A stretch of 36,894 nucleotides of DNA, taken from NCBI GenBank assembly GCA_036507075.1, contig DASXQR010000063.1, positions 1-36,894 of the forward strand. Direction: 5' to 3'. Source of the DNA: Acidobacteriota bacterium. GTDB taxonomy: Bacteria > Acidobacteriota > UBA6911 > JACQSX01. Shown one piece after another: positions 1 to 8,447 of the stretch. Below the pieces are notes generated by a model, which was not told where the DNA came from, searched no databases, and worked only from the letters and a program-made list of their open reading frames with translations. Position 1 is the first letter of the stretch; every line of letters begins with the position of its first letter. The position numbers and the translations under genes were made by a program.

Positions 1-301
1 CGGAAGACCTATCGAGTGCAACTGATCCGAGGAAAATACGTCGGCGGCTGCAATTGGGAAACCGAAATCCTTCCACTGCCCTCATCAGGCAGCCGCACGG
101 GCGCTCATGTTCAATCGCTGGTGGTTCGGCAAGCCTCACACAAACTGGTGGCGAGGGATGCGCTAGTTAAGCCCTCGGCTCTTAGCGGTGTCGGGCATTC
201 GAATCGACCAGATCCGGCTATCGCTTCTTTCCCGCAGTTGTCCTGCTCGCCACCGAATAGATCAGAAGCCCATAAAGACCGACAACAGTGCACAGGCACC
301 G

Positions 302-1357
302 TTACTGAACTTGAACCACGCGACGTTCCCGTACGGCTTGGTAGATTGCATTTACTAATCGCACAGAATGTCTTCCATCCTCCAGCGTAACCGGCGGTTC
401 CTGGCCGCTCAAAATGCACTCTCCAAATACAGCGATCATCTGTCCATAAAGCCCGGTCCCCTCAATCTGATATTTTTCGCGCTGAAGTTCAAAGTGGCGC
501 ATTTGGTTGGCATCATACGTCTGCTGTGGTCGAATGATGCTAAACATTTCTCCGCCTTGATCCTGTCCGATCGTTTGCTGAGCGATGATTGATCCCCTTG
601 TGCCATAAAGTTCCAAGCGGTTTCCAGCGGCGCCGTCGGGTATGTTGAAGTAATTGTCCACGATCGCGTGTGCGCTGTTGCTGAATCGGCCAACAATAGT
701 GGATGCGTCTTCTACTTTGGTCGCATAGGTGTGAGACATTAAGTCCTGGAATCCAGTGACTTCCATGAGCTTGGAGCCCATAATCCATTCCAGCAAATCG
801 AGACAATGCGTCCCCATATCTATCAAAGCCCCACCGTGGCTAATGGAGACATCCTGTCGCCAGGCCCCGTGGATAGCTGGGTACCAACAAGTTAGTTGGG
901 CACGCCCCATAACCATCTGGCCCAAGGCGCCGGTCTGAACCAACTCACGCGCTTTCTGATTATAGGAATTGTTTCGCATGCAGAAAGCGAGCATGAATTT
1001 TACCGATGCCCTCGAACATGCGGCTTCCATGTCGTCTACCTCTTTCAATGTGATCGCCATTGGCTTTTCGCACAGGACGTGCTTGCCGGCCTCGGCAGCT
1101 AAGATCGTCTGGCGACAGTGAACGTTGGGAGGAGTTGCGATGTACACAGCATCAATATCCTGCGCCAAAAGTTCCGCTTCGGTTGCGCAGCAATGCGGAA
1201 TGTTAAACTTATCGGCGATCTGCCGGGCTCGCTCTAGTGAGCGGCTCATCACGGAAATAAGCTCGGCATTCGATACCATGGCCTGGAATTCGGGAATGGT
1301 TCTTCTTGCGGCGATGCCTCCGCAGCCGATTACTCCCCATCGCACTTTTCTGCTCAC
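302..1357 (-). CDS. Gfo/Idh/MocA family NAD(P)-dependent oxidoreductase
   Basis: Rossmann motif WGVIGCGGIA, HVLCEKP and GGALIDMGTHCLD. Start moved from 1561 to GTG 1357, which has SD GAGGA 6 nt upstream and precedes the first beta-strand. Confidence 0.93.
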   Translation of the reverse strand: MSRKVRWGVIGCGGIAARRTIPEFQAMVSNAELISVMSRSLERARQIADKFNIPHCCATEAELLAQDIDAVYIATPPNVHCRQTILAAEAGKHVLCEKPMAITLKEVDDMEAACSRASVKFMLAFCMRNNSYNQKARELVQTGALGQMVMGRAQLTCWYPAIHGAWRQDVSISHGGALIDMGTHCLDLLEWIMGSKLMEVTGFQDLMSHTYATKVEDASTIVGRFSNSAHAIVDNYFNIPDGAAGNRLELYGTRGSIIAQQTIGQDQGGEMFSIIRPQQTYDANQMRHFELQREKYQIEGTGLYGQMIAVFGECILSGQEPPVTLEDGRHSVRLVNAIYQAVRERRVVQVQ

Positions 1358-1590
1358 GATTCTTCCTCGAGCCCGGCCTCTTGGAACACCCTCCAACTCT
1401 TCTTTCGTCAACTGTGATTCGCCCAGCTGCGATATTGAGCCAACCGCGCCAAGTCCTCGCCAGACAGATTGCCTGGCACGACGCGGGGCTCTGGAAAAAA
1501 TATGGGCCCGGTGCCAGAGCGCAACTGATCGAGGCGGAAACCGGCCAGAAGCGCCAGACACTGATCACGATCTTGGCAGTTGGTCTCCAT
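1354..1590 (-). CDS. candidate small selenoprotein, 78 aa with Sec at position 61 (METNCQDRDQCLALLAGFRLDQLRSGTGPIFFPEPRVVPGNLSGEDLARLAQYRSWANHS-U-RKKSWRVFQEAGLEEES)
   Basis: ATG 1590 with SD AAGGA 3 nt upstream. In-frame TGA 1410-1408 is followed by a SECIS-like hairpin. The frame continues to TGA 1356-1354, which overlaps the GTG start of the downstream gene (GTGA). Also in frame with the upstream RhaT ORF with no intervening stop. Confidence 0.6.
1381..1396 (-). promoter_or_regulatory. putative bacterial SECIS element
   Basis: The mRNA reads UGA-cgaaagaagag (11 nt)-UUGGAG-GGUG-UUCCAA: a 6-bp stem (one G-U pair) with a G/U-containing apical loop starting 17 nt after the UGA. Confidence 0.55.
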
Positions 1591-2652
1591 TGTTCCTTTT
1601 TTCAGCGCCGCCCTGTATTTCTCGGTTGATATTTGAGTCAATTTGTTTGCGTAACCCAAAATAACGAAGGCCAGTAAAAGTGTTGCCAGTCCCAACAGGA
1701 GCGTCGTCTTAGTGCGCCGTGATGTTTGCCGCCATTCTCGAAGAATGACTCCCCACACATTGGCGAAGACGATAGAGCTGATCATCAGCGTTGGAAAACC
1801 GATATAGGGCCCCCACTCGCCAAGCTCAGACGCTCCCCAGCCGTAAGTGAACATCGCGCCAGTCCAAAGGGTTCCCATAATAAGGGCGCCCAGCCAGTAG
1901 ATTGCGGTTCCGGGGCGCCATAACTTTCGGACGGACCGCCGGGCATTGATGAGATGGACACAGTAAAGAATGTTCAATCCATAGCAGCCTGCAAAAGCCA
2001 GCGCCCAGGGCGTCATGGAAGCGGATAACCCTTTGCCGTGGTGATAGGCCGCTTCTTCCGTCAGCGGCTTTCCAAAGATGAAAGCAAAATTCGCCAGCGG
2101 TGAAAGGAGTCCCGACCAAATGCAGATAACCAGGCCGGTAAAAAAAGACTGAGTCGAAACGGTGCGAGTCTTCCCCAACTCTACGTCTCTTTTATGCCCC
2201 GCAAGACCCAGAAGCAGCAAACCGACAATCATGACGGCGAGGCCGACCAGCAAACTAAGTCCGGCCGGTTCGACGATCCGTTCCGGATGCTGGATCAGAA
2301 GCGGCAGGACTGAGCCAACCACTGCATTCAAAGAGAGGATCAAGGTCACTCCCAGACTTACGCCGACCCGGTGAATGCCGAGTCCGAATAGAATGGAGCC
2401 TACTCCCCACCCGGCTCCGAACAGAAAGGTCAATAGCAGGGTGCCAAAAGAGGATTTTTGGTAGATCGCAAGAAAATCCGGCAGCGCGACATAGACCAGC
2501 GTCCAGCCTGTCAGTAGAGCGAAAAACGAGCCGAGCCCCCAGATGTGCTCCCATTCCCACTGGGATGTGAACTTCATGGGAACGGAAAAGGTCGCGCTCA
2601 TGGCTCCCGCCAGACACAAAAGCATCACACCGAAAACTAAAGATTCTGTCAT
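1408..2652 (-). CDS. rhaT: RhaT-family (L-rhamnose/H+ symporter-like, DMT superfamily) sugar transporter with an atypical C-terminal extension
   Basis: Motifs FSVPMKFTSQWEWEHIW, FGAGWGVGSILFGLG and FANVWGVILREW, with about 10 hydrophobic segments. ATGA overlap with the upstream gene. The transporter domain ends near GYANKL (~1640); the rest is hydrophilic. Substrate not established. Confidence 0.85.
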   Translation of the reverse strand: MTESLVFGVMLLCLAGAMSATFSVPMKFTSQWEWEHIWGLGSFFALLTGWTLVYVALPDFLAIYQKSSFGTLLLTFLFGAGWGVGSILFGLGIHRVGVSLGVTLILSLNAVVGSVLPLLIQHPERIVEPAGLSLLVGLAVMIVGLLLLGLAGHKRDVELGKTRTVSTQSFFTGLVICIWSGLLSPLANFAFIFGKPLTEEAAYHHGKGLSASMTPWALAFAGCYGLNILYCVHLINARRSVRKLWRPGTAIYWLGALIMGTLWTGAMFTYGWGASELGEWGPYIGFPTLMISSIVFANVWGVILREWRQTSRRTKTTLLLGLATLLLAFVILGYANKLTQISTEKYRAALKKGTMETNCQDRDQCLALLAGFRLDQLRSGTGPIFFPEPRVVPGNLSGEDLARLAQYRSWANHS

Positions 2653-3740
2653 AGAACTTTCTGTCTAATCAGGTCATTGGTGAGCGCACTGCCCAGCAGC
2701 CTCCGCATGATCTCGAGAATGAGTTCCTGGGGCCCCTGAAAGCTCCACAACTGTGCTCGGTCCGAGCACTCCATCCGGCCCGTACCATTTCCCATGGCCG
2801 GGCTGTGATATTCCAGCTCGCCATAAGCGCCGTTTAGACCGCTGTCGTTGTAACACTGCAATACGTAGCCGCGGTCTTCAGGATCGTCCCAAGGGGTGTC
2901 TATGTATTCTGCGGAGGGATCAATGGCGAAGTTCCGGACGACTAATGTGCATTCTTCTCCATCCAGCTTGCGGTAGTAGCCTGCGCGGCCACCCAGCAGA
3001 TCTGTCACCCGCACAGCGATTTTGTGACGCTCCCGCGCGTCGAATACAAAACGTATGCAGTTGTCCGAATGGAGCAGGTGAGAAGGTCCGGTAGGTTCAA
3101 AAAAATCCTTCGCCCTCGTCTCTCGTACCGTCGGAATGAAGACTTGTCCCGGAGCCGGCAGGTTCACCGCCTCCCAAATACTCAGAGCAGGACGGAAATC
3201 CGATTCTGCCCCTGCATAGCGGAGCTGCGTCAACTGCTCGTATCCCGCATATTGAGTGCCGGCCAAAAGCCATCGCGCACCCGGATCGGACCGCAGAGGA
3301 TTTGGAGCAAGCCGAAATTGTTTGCTCAGCTCAATCCCACAACTGCGCTCGGCTCGGTGATGGACAACGGATGTGCGTGTGGTGAAGCGAATTTCTGATT
3401 CAGTGCGTACCAGTTCATACTTACCCGGGTCTATCGAATCCTGAAACTGGTACGATCTCCAGGCATCCGTCAGGTCGCGCACGTGGAGGTCACGTTCCGG
3501 AGAGATCCAGATGCGATCGCCGCCGGTGTTTCTCCATCCGGGAGCCGCGAAAAACTCAACGGCAGTTTCTGCATTCGCAAGACTTGGTTGAGCCCAAAGC
3601 AAATTCGGACGATCGCCCGCAAACAATCCCAGGATGCGGGCCCCGTACGCTAGAGCGACCAGAGTGCCGTTTTGGCCGGCAATTTCCAGAGGCTCGTGCC
3701 CGGCGGATTGAAGGGCATGCACTAAGCTCAGTCTGTCCAC
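2649..3740 (-). CDS. conserved hypothetical protein, DUF6786-like (probable galactose-mutarotase-like beta-sandwich)
   Basis: 363-aa operonic ORF with motifs YGARILGL, NTGGDRIWISPE and CYND...YGELEYHSP that I associate with DUF6786 proteins of sugar-catabolic loci. Confidence 0.65.
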   Translation of the reverse strand: MDRLSLVHALQSAGHEPLEIAGQNGTLVALAYGARILGLFAGDRPNLLWAQPSLANAETAVEFFAAPGWRNTGGDRIWISPERDLHVRDLTDAWRSYQFQDSIDPGKYELVRTESEIRFTTRTSVVHHRAERSCGIELSKQFRLAPNPLRSDPGARWLLAGTQYAGYEQLTQLRYAGAESDFRPALSIWEAVNLPAPGQVFIPTVRETRAKDFFEPTGPSHLLHSDNCIRFVFDARERHKIAVRVTDLLGGRAGYYRKLDGEECTLVVRNFAIDPSAEYIDTPWDDPEDRGYVLQCYNDSGLNGAYGELEYHSPAMGNGTGRMECSDRAQLWSFQGPQELILEIMRRLLGSALTNDLIRQKVL

Positions 3741-3794
3741 GGAAGCTCTACCTGCATACTGGAGCCCAATTTGGAATTCGTTCTGTCTCGGACT

Positions 3795-6059
3795 TCACGA
3801 TTTTTCAAAAGCGAGCATTTCATGCACTGCGAGGCGAGGCACGGTGACATGTATCCAACCGCCTTCCCGCTGGACTGGAATAGTCGCACCATCAAATGAC
3901 ACGACGCGGCGCACCGAGCCGATTCGCTTCTCATTAATCGCCAGGGAAATATCAGCCAGTACCATACGGCCCGAACGGTTATCCGCAAAAATCATTGGTG
4001 TCAGGTACTGATTCAGAAGATGAACAATGTGTCTGCGAGGCTGCTCGTTGACCACTATCTCCACGCCCGCGGGAGCTTTGGAACGGAGCACTGGTTCTTT
4101 AATCAGTCTCAATGCGAGATTCTCTCCCAGTTGCAGCGACCATTCGTGCACCTGCGGCAGGACGTTGGGAAAGCCGGTTGGCGGGTCGCTAATAACGTTC
4201 TGGTGCCGGCGAATCTCTGTGTTTCCCAGGGAGCACGCGACGAACATCGCAAAGCCATCTCCATATTTATTCAGCGTGATGGCCGGATCGCTGGAAGCCG
4301 CAGCGGAAGGTGGATTGTGAAATGCAAAGACCATCCGATCGAGGCTCCAGGGAGCGATCGGGTAGAGATAATTAGCGAGAACCTGGGCAGTGGTAGTTTC
4401 GACGCGGTAACTTGGCCCTTCAACCAGGGGCGGCATTTCCGTCATTCCTGCAGCCACGCTTGAGTCAAGACGTCCCAGGTAGACGGCCTCGTATTCGGTG
4501 CGACCCCGCAATCGCACGCCCAGCACTTCTGAAAGCAGCCGGATTCCGGCCTGCGACTGTAGGTGTTCGGAGTTTAGCTCCACCAGGATCGATCCCCCCT
4601 TTCCAACATATGCCTTCACTCGGTCGACTGATTCTTCCGTAACGGGAAAGGAAGTATCGAGAATGACCAGTGGGAAGGGCGAGAGATCCGCATCGGGATA
4701 AAGATACGCATAAGGAATGTTCCGTTGACCAAGCAGGTCCGCCCAACCCCTGGAAAGTCGAGTCAGCGGCGGAGCGTCCCGTTCGGAGGAACCTGATCCA
4801 AGATAAGAAGGGTGGAATATGGCGGCGTCGTAGAGGGGTTTCGTTCCCGTCAACCAGTCCTGCCGCTTTCGCAGGTAAGAACTGACAGAAGCAACCTGAT
4901 CAACCTGGAAATCAAAAATTCTGCCGGAAGCGGTGGGCGAAAGAGCGACCAGGTAAGTGCCGCCGTATGCCGTGATCGTGGCGGCTTCCAAAAGGAGCAA
5001 ATCCGTATTTCTGGGAGTCCAACTGTGGGTGGTGCCGGAGGCCTCGGTTATCGTCTCGTAGGGCTTTCCGGAGGACCGACCGAGCTTGGATGTCCTGCCG
5101 ATCTCAATTTGCGCAAACTGGAAACCTTCATTCGAAAGGTAGTCTCCCAGTTGCTGCACCTCAGGCCAGTAGGGCGAGCCTGGATGGCCGCAGGCATTGT
5201 AAGTGATGCATTTTTCACCGCCCTGTTTTCGGACGATGGCTTTGGCTGCAACAAAGAATTCACTAGCACAATCGGCTTCCCACTTTCTCTGCGCCAAAGT
5301 GCCGTCGATATCAAAAAGACTCGCACCGGTCCGAAGCGTATATTTTTCGCGGCAGTACTTACAGAAACAGCCGAGATGGCGAGGCTCCGGGTCGGTGGGG
5401 TCAATGTTAGGAAAGAACATGGCGTCAATCCAGAAGCCGTCTACATCGTACTTAGTCAATAATTCTTCGATTTGCCCCAATGCGTAATCACGGTACGGCG
5501 AGTTCGGGCACACTCTTGCGTATTTGAACCAGTTCTCATAGCCCCTGGTAGCTCTCGGACCAGCCCGCCCGTCGCGTCGAACGCATCGCCACTCCGGGTG
5601 ACTGTCCGCGGCGTAATCGTCGAGAAAACCGGAATAGTAAAGGATCACTCGAATCCCGCGGCGATGAGCTTCGGCGGTGATGTCCCCAACGAAGTCTCTC
5701 ACCGGCTTGAGTGGCTGGAATTTGGAAGGCCAGTTGCAAATACCATCATGAAATTTGGAGTAAAAGACAAATGACTTAAAGCCGGCCCGTTCACTTTGGT
5801 CCAGCCACTTGCGCGGATCGAAGTCCCGTTCCGGTCTGGTCCAGACCGGATGGATCCAGTTGAAATGTCCGCGAATCAGTTCTTGACCATACCAGGGCAG
5901 GTTTTGAGCGGGTGCGGCAGCGGCCGAACCTCCGGGCGCCGCCTGATTTTTCTTGGCGTATCCTGCCGCCGGCACAGCCCCGGCCGCCAGGCCGCCACCA
6001 ATCACAAAAAGTCTCAAAGCGTCTCGACGGCTGATGTTCCGGCTTAAGTGATTCAGCAT
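3795..6059 (-). CDS. Tat-exported glycoside hydrolase, alpha-L-fucosidase-like (GH29/GH151-like barrel plus beta-galactosidase trimerisation-like domain)
   Basis: Twin-arginine signal ISRRDALRLF. SKFHDGICNWPS resembles GH29 KHHDGF, and VDGFWIDAM marks the nucleophile region. Cys cluster CFCKYC. C-terminal class-I GATase-like region (YVGKGGSIL, NKYGDG, IVHLLN). Confidence 0.78.
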   Translation of the reverse strand: MLNHLSRNISRRDALRLFVIGGGLAAGAVPAAGYAKKNQAAPGGSAAAAPAQNLPWYGQELIRGHFNWIHPVWTRPERDFDPRKWLDQSERAGFKSFVFYSKFHDGICNWPSKFQPLKPVRDFVGDITAEAHRRGIRVILYYSGFLDDYAADSHPEWRCVRRDGRAGPRATRGYENWFKYARVCPNSPYRDYALGQIEELLTKYDVDGFWIDAMFFPNIDPTDPEPRHLGCFCKYCREKYTLRTGASLFDIDGTLAQRKWEADCASEFFVAAKAIVRKQGGEKCITYNACGHPGSPYWPEVQQLGDYLSNEGFQFAQIEIGRTSKLGRSSGKPYETITEASGTTHSWTPRNTDLLLLEAATITAYGGTYLVALSPTASGRIFDFQVDQVASVSSYLRKRQDWLTGTKPLYDAAIFHPSYLGSGSSERDAPPLTRLSRGWADLLGQRNIPYAYLYPDADLSPFPLVILDTSFPVTEESVDRVKAYVGKGGSILVELNSEHLQSQAGIRLLSEVLGVRLRGRTEYEAVYLGRLDSSVAAGMTEMPPLVEGPSYRVETTTAQVLANYLYPIAPWSLDRMVFAFHNPPSAAASSDPAITLNKYGDGFAMFVACSLGNTEIRRHQNVISDPPTGFPNVLPQVHEWSLQLGENLALRLIKEPVLRSKAPAGVEIVVNEQPRRHIVHLLNQYLTPMIFADNRSGRMVLADISLAINEKRIGSVRRVVSFDGATIPVQREGGWIHVTVPRLAVHEMLAFEKS

Positions 6060-6092
6060 AATGAGATCCTGTAGACAGGCTCCTGACCCGGG

Positions 6093-7229
6093 TTAAATTT
6101 CGATAATTTCTGACTGCGGGCGATCCAATGTCACAGGCCCTTTCTCGGTAATGAGAATCGGACCGCCAACAAACGCGGCAGCTTCTGGGGGACGCCAGAT
6201 GCTGGGGTGCAGCACCAGGACCAAATTGGGAAAGAGCAGTTCGCGACACTCCCTGTCGACCGAATAAATCTCGGGAAGATCCAACCCCACACCATGACCA
6301 ATGCCGTATTGGTAGGCCTCGTATCCTGACTGCCGGATGATGCTTTCGGCTGCCTCAGCCACCGCGGCTGCCGAATTCCCGGCACACGCGGCCGCGCGAG
6401 CAGATTCATAGGCCTTGCGGCAGGCTGCGAAAACCTGGTCCTGCTCCGCCGAAGGTCTGCCGATGCGGTAGATCCGGCAAATTTGCACCCAGTACTCATG
6501 AAGCTGCACGGAAATTTCACAATTAATCAGGCTCTGGCTGTGAAATTCAGCGCTGGTGGGTACCACGGCGGCGGAGGAAGGATCGGCTGAAAGCAGAATG
6601 AAACACTGGTTGGCTCCTTCGCGTCTGGCCATCGCTTCGGCCTGATCCGTCGAACAGCGGACTTTCTTGCCCGGGGATATCGCCTCTCTGAGGCAGTCGC
6701 TGACTGCGTCTGCCAATTGTGCGGCCTCGTGCAGGTTTTTAACTTCATCCTCACTTTTGGCCAATCGAAGCTTCAGCAGGAGATCTGAAGCACACTCCAG
6801 GTGCGCATGAGGCAATCCCGCCCGGATGTGCTGATAAGCCGAGACGCTCATTTCATCCACAAAGTCATCGGCCGCCACCAAGCCAAGGCGCGACTTTCCG
6901 AAACCCAGCGATCGAACCGCTTCCGTGCATTCCTTGACCATTTGCGCAGTGGTGGCCGGGCAGCTCCCGCGCACCTGGCGGAACCAACTCTGCTGTCTGG
7001 CGCGCTCCAGGTCGAAGGCGAATTTCGCATACAGCACCGGCTCGTGTTTCAAAGGCAGCACCACCATGGCTGCGTTTACCTGATAGTCGGGCCGATACCC
7101 GGAAACGTAGGTGACATGACCGCGCTTTTGCGAATAGATGAGCAGGCACTCGAGGTCTCTTTCCCGCATCATTGCTCGGATGCTTTCTAATCTGCGGCGA
7201 AACTCTTCCTCTCGTATCCGATGTGGCAT
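6093..7229 (-). CDS. M24 (creatinase / Xaa-Pro peptidase fold) protein with degenerate metal ligands
   Basis: Creatinase-type N-domain (EFRRRLESIRAMM, VTYVSGY), LRLAKSEDE linker and pita-bread domain with GHGVGLD. Canonical D/D/E/E ligands appear replaced. Confidence 0.85.
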   Translation of the reverse strand: MPHRIREEEFRRRLESIRAMMRERDLECLLIYSQKRGHVTYVSGYRPDYQVNAAMVVLPLKHEPVLYAKFAFDLERARQQSWFRQVRGSCPATTAQMVKECTEAVRSLGFGKSRLGLVAADDFVDEMSVSAYQHIRAGLPHAHLECASDLLLKLRLAKSEDEVKNLHEAAQLADAVSDCLREAISPGKKVRCSTDQAEAMARREGANQCFILLSADPSSAAVVPTSAEFHSQSLINCEISVQLHEYWVQICRIYRIGRPSAEQDQVFAACRKAYESARAAACAGNSAAAVAEAAESIIRQSGYEAYQYGIGHGVGLDLPEIYSVDRECRELLFPNLVLVLHPSIWRPPEAAAFVGGPILITEKGPVTLDRPQSEIIEI

Positions 7230-7271
7230 GGGCGCTGTGTCCGTGGCCAGTGGCGCAGGCCGCGAGCGGCA

Positions 7272-7340
7272 GCTAAATTTAACAAATAAAATAACACTTT
7301 AAAAGCGACAAATTGCCGCGTGTTTTGTGGTATTACTTTG
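7272..7340. promoter_or_regulatory. AT-rich divergent promoter region
   Basis: AT-rich island between divergent starts 7229 (-) and 7418 (+). The minus strand has an extended -10-like TGtTAAATT. Confidence 0.5.
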
Positions 7341-7417
7341 TTGCTCTCAGGCTCCCGCAGGCGTCGATCAGCCGCGCAACCGCCCTGGAGAACGCCATTG
7401 GGCTGGAGCAGAAGATA

Positions 7418-8425
7418 ATGAACGCCGTTCAGAAATCCCGCATCGGCATAGGTTTTATTGGAGCGGGAAATATCGCCGAAATCCATAAGGCGGCTCTGCT
7501 GAAAATCCCAGGTGTCGCGCTGGCTGCCGTCTATGACGTGGACGAAGATAGAAGCAGGAAGCTGGCGGCCGATGCTGGCGCAAGAGTCTGTCACAGCGCG
7601 GATGAACTGGTTGCCGCCCGCGACGTTGATGTCGTCTATGTCCTCACGCCGCTGGCCGGCCATTACGAAAATGCGGTGCGGTCCCTGCGTGCCGGCAAGC
7701 ATACCTTCATCGAAAAACCGGTGTCGCTCTCACGTAAAGAACTGCTGGAAATGATCAGGCTAAGCAAGGCGAATTCATGCCACTGTGTCCCCGGCCACAA
7801 CTACATCCACGCACCCGGCCTTCGGTCAGCCAGGCAGTTGATCCAGTCGGGACGGCTTGGGGAAATATGCTCCTTGTGGATTTTTTTCATGGTGTACCTT
7901 CCAGAGCAGATTTGTCGAACCGTACAGGGAGTCCTGCGCGAGGTAATGGTTCATCATTTTTATTCCCTGCTCTACTTGATGGGGAAGCCAGAGTCCGTCT
8001 TTGCCACCAACTCGGATCGCCGCCGGTTTGGAATGAATCAGGAGGACCAGGCGCTGGTAGTCTGCAGTATGCCCGGAGGAGCTGTAGCCACGCTCTTTGC
8101 CAGCTTCTCTACCGACGACTTCACATCGGATCCGTGGACTCTGAAATACAAAATACTGGGGAGTGAAGGATCGGCCTCGCATACCTGGAGCCACACCCGA
8201 TTAAGCGGGCGGCCGCAGCCTCTCTGGGACCTGCCCGCCTATTGGGAGACTTTCGAGGAGGAGGATCATTACTTCATTGAAGAGTGTGTCCGCGGGGGTA
8301 AGAAGCCACTTTCGGAGCTGCAGGATGCTTTGACTTCCCTGGACATTTTACTCGCGGCTGAAAAATCCATTGAGACAGGAGCAAGTCAGAAGCTGAAGGA
8401 GGACATAGCGCTGATCAAGACTTAG
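7418..8425 (+). CDS. Gfo/Idh/MocA family oxidoreductase
   Basis: IGFIGAGNIA and HTFIEKP motifs; catalytic segment variant GVLREVMVHH. Start moved to ATG 7418 (SD GGAG at 7405-7408). Confidence 0.9.
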   Translation: MNAVQKSRIGIGFIGAGNIAEIHKAALLKIPGVALAAVYDVDEDRSRKLAADAGARVCHSADELVAARDVDVVYVLTPLAGHYENAVRSLRAGKHTFIEKPVSLSRKELLEMIRLSKANSCHCVPGHNYIHAPGLRSARQLIQSGRLGEICSLWIFFMVYLPEQICRTVQGVLREVMVHHFYSLLYLMGKPESVFATNSDRRRFGMNQEDQALVVCSMPGGAVATLFASFSTDDFTSDPWTLKYKILGSEGSASHTWSHTRLSGRPQPLWDLPAYWETFEEEDHYFIEECVRGGKKPLSELQDALTSLDILLAAEKSIETGASQKLKEDIALIKT

Positions 8426-8447
8426 CAATCTTAAGGCAGGGCTCGGT

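Noticed and set aside
76..92. CUGAUGAG on the minus strand resembling a hammerhead ribozyme core
   Set aside because: It sits in a simple CUGCC/GGCAG hairpin, and no downstream GAAA with stem II/III geometry is present on that strand.
1..300. Possible gene start or ncRNA at the left edge (ATG at 85 on the minus strand; 9-bp inverted repeat 147-155 / 246-254)
   Set aside because: No recognisable protein motif, SD or RNA family, and the window edge prevents evaluation.
1358..1561. N-terminal 68-aa extension of the Gfo/Idh/MocA ORF in the ORF track
   Set aside because: It precedes the Rossmann fold, overlaps the small ORF in another frame, and a better SD+GTG exists at 1357.
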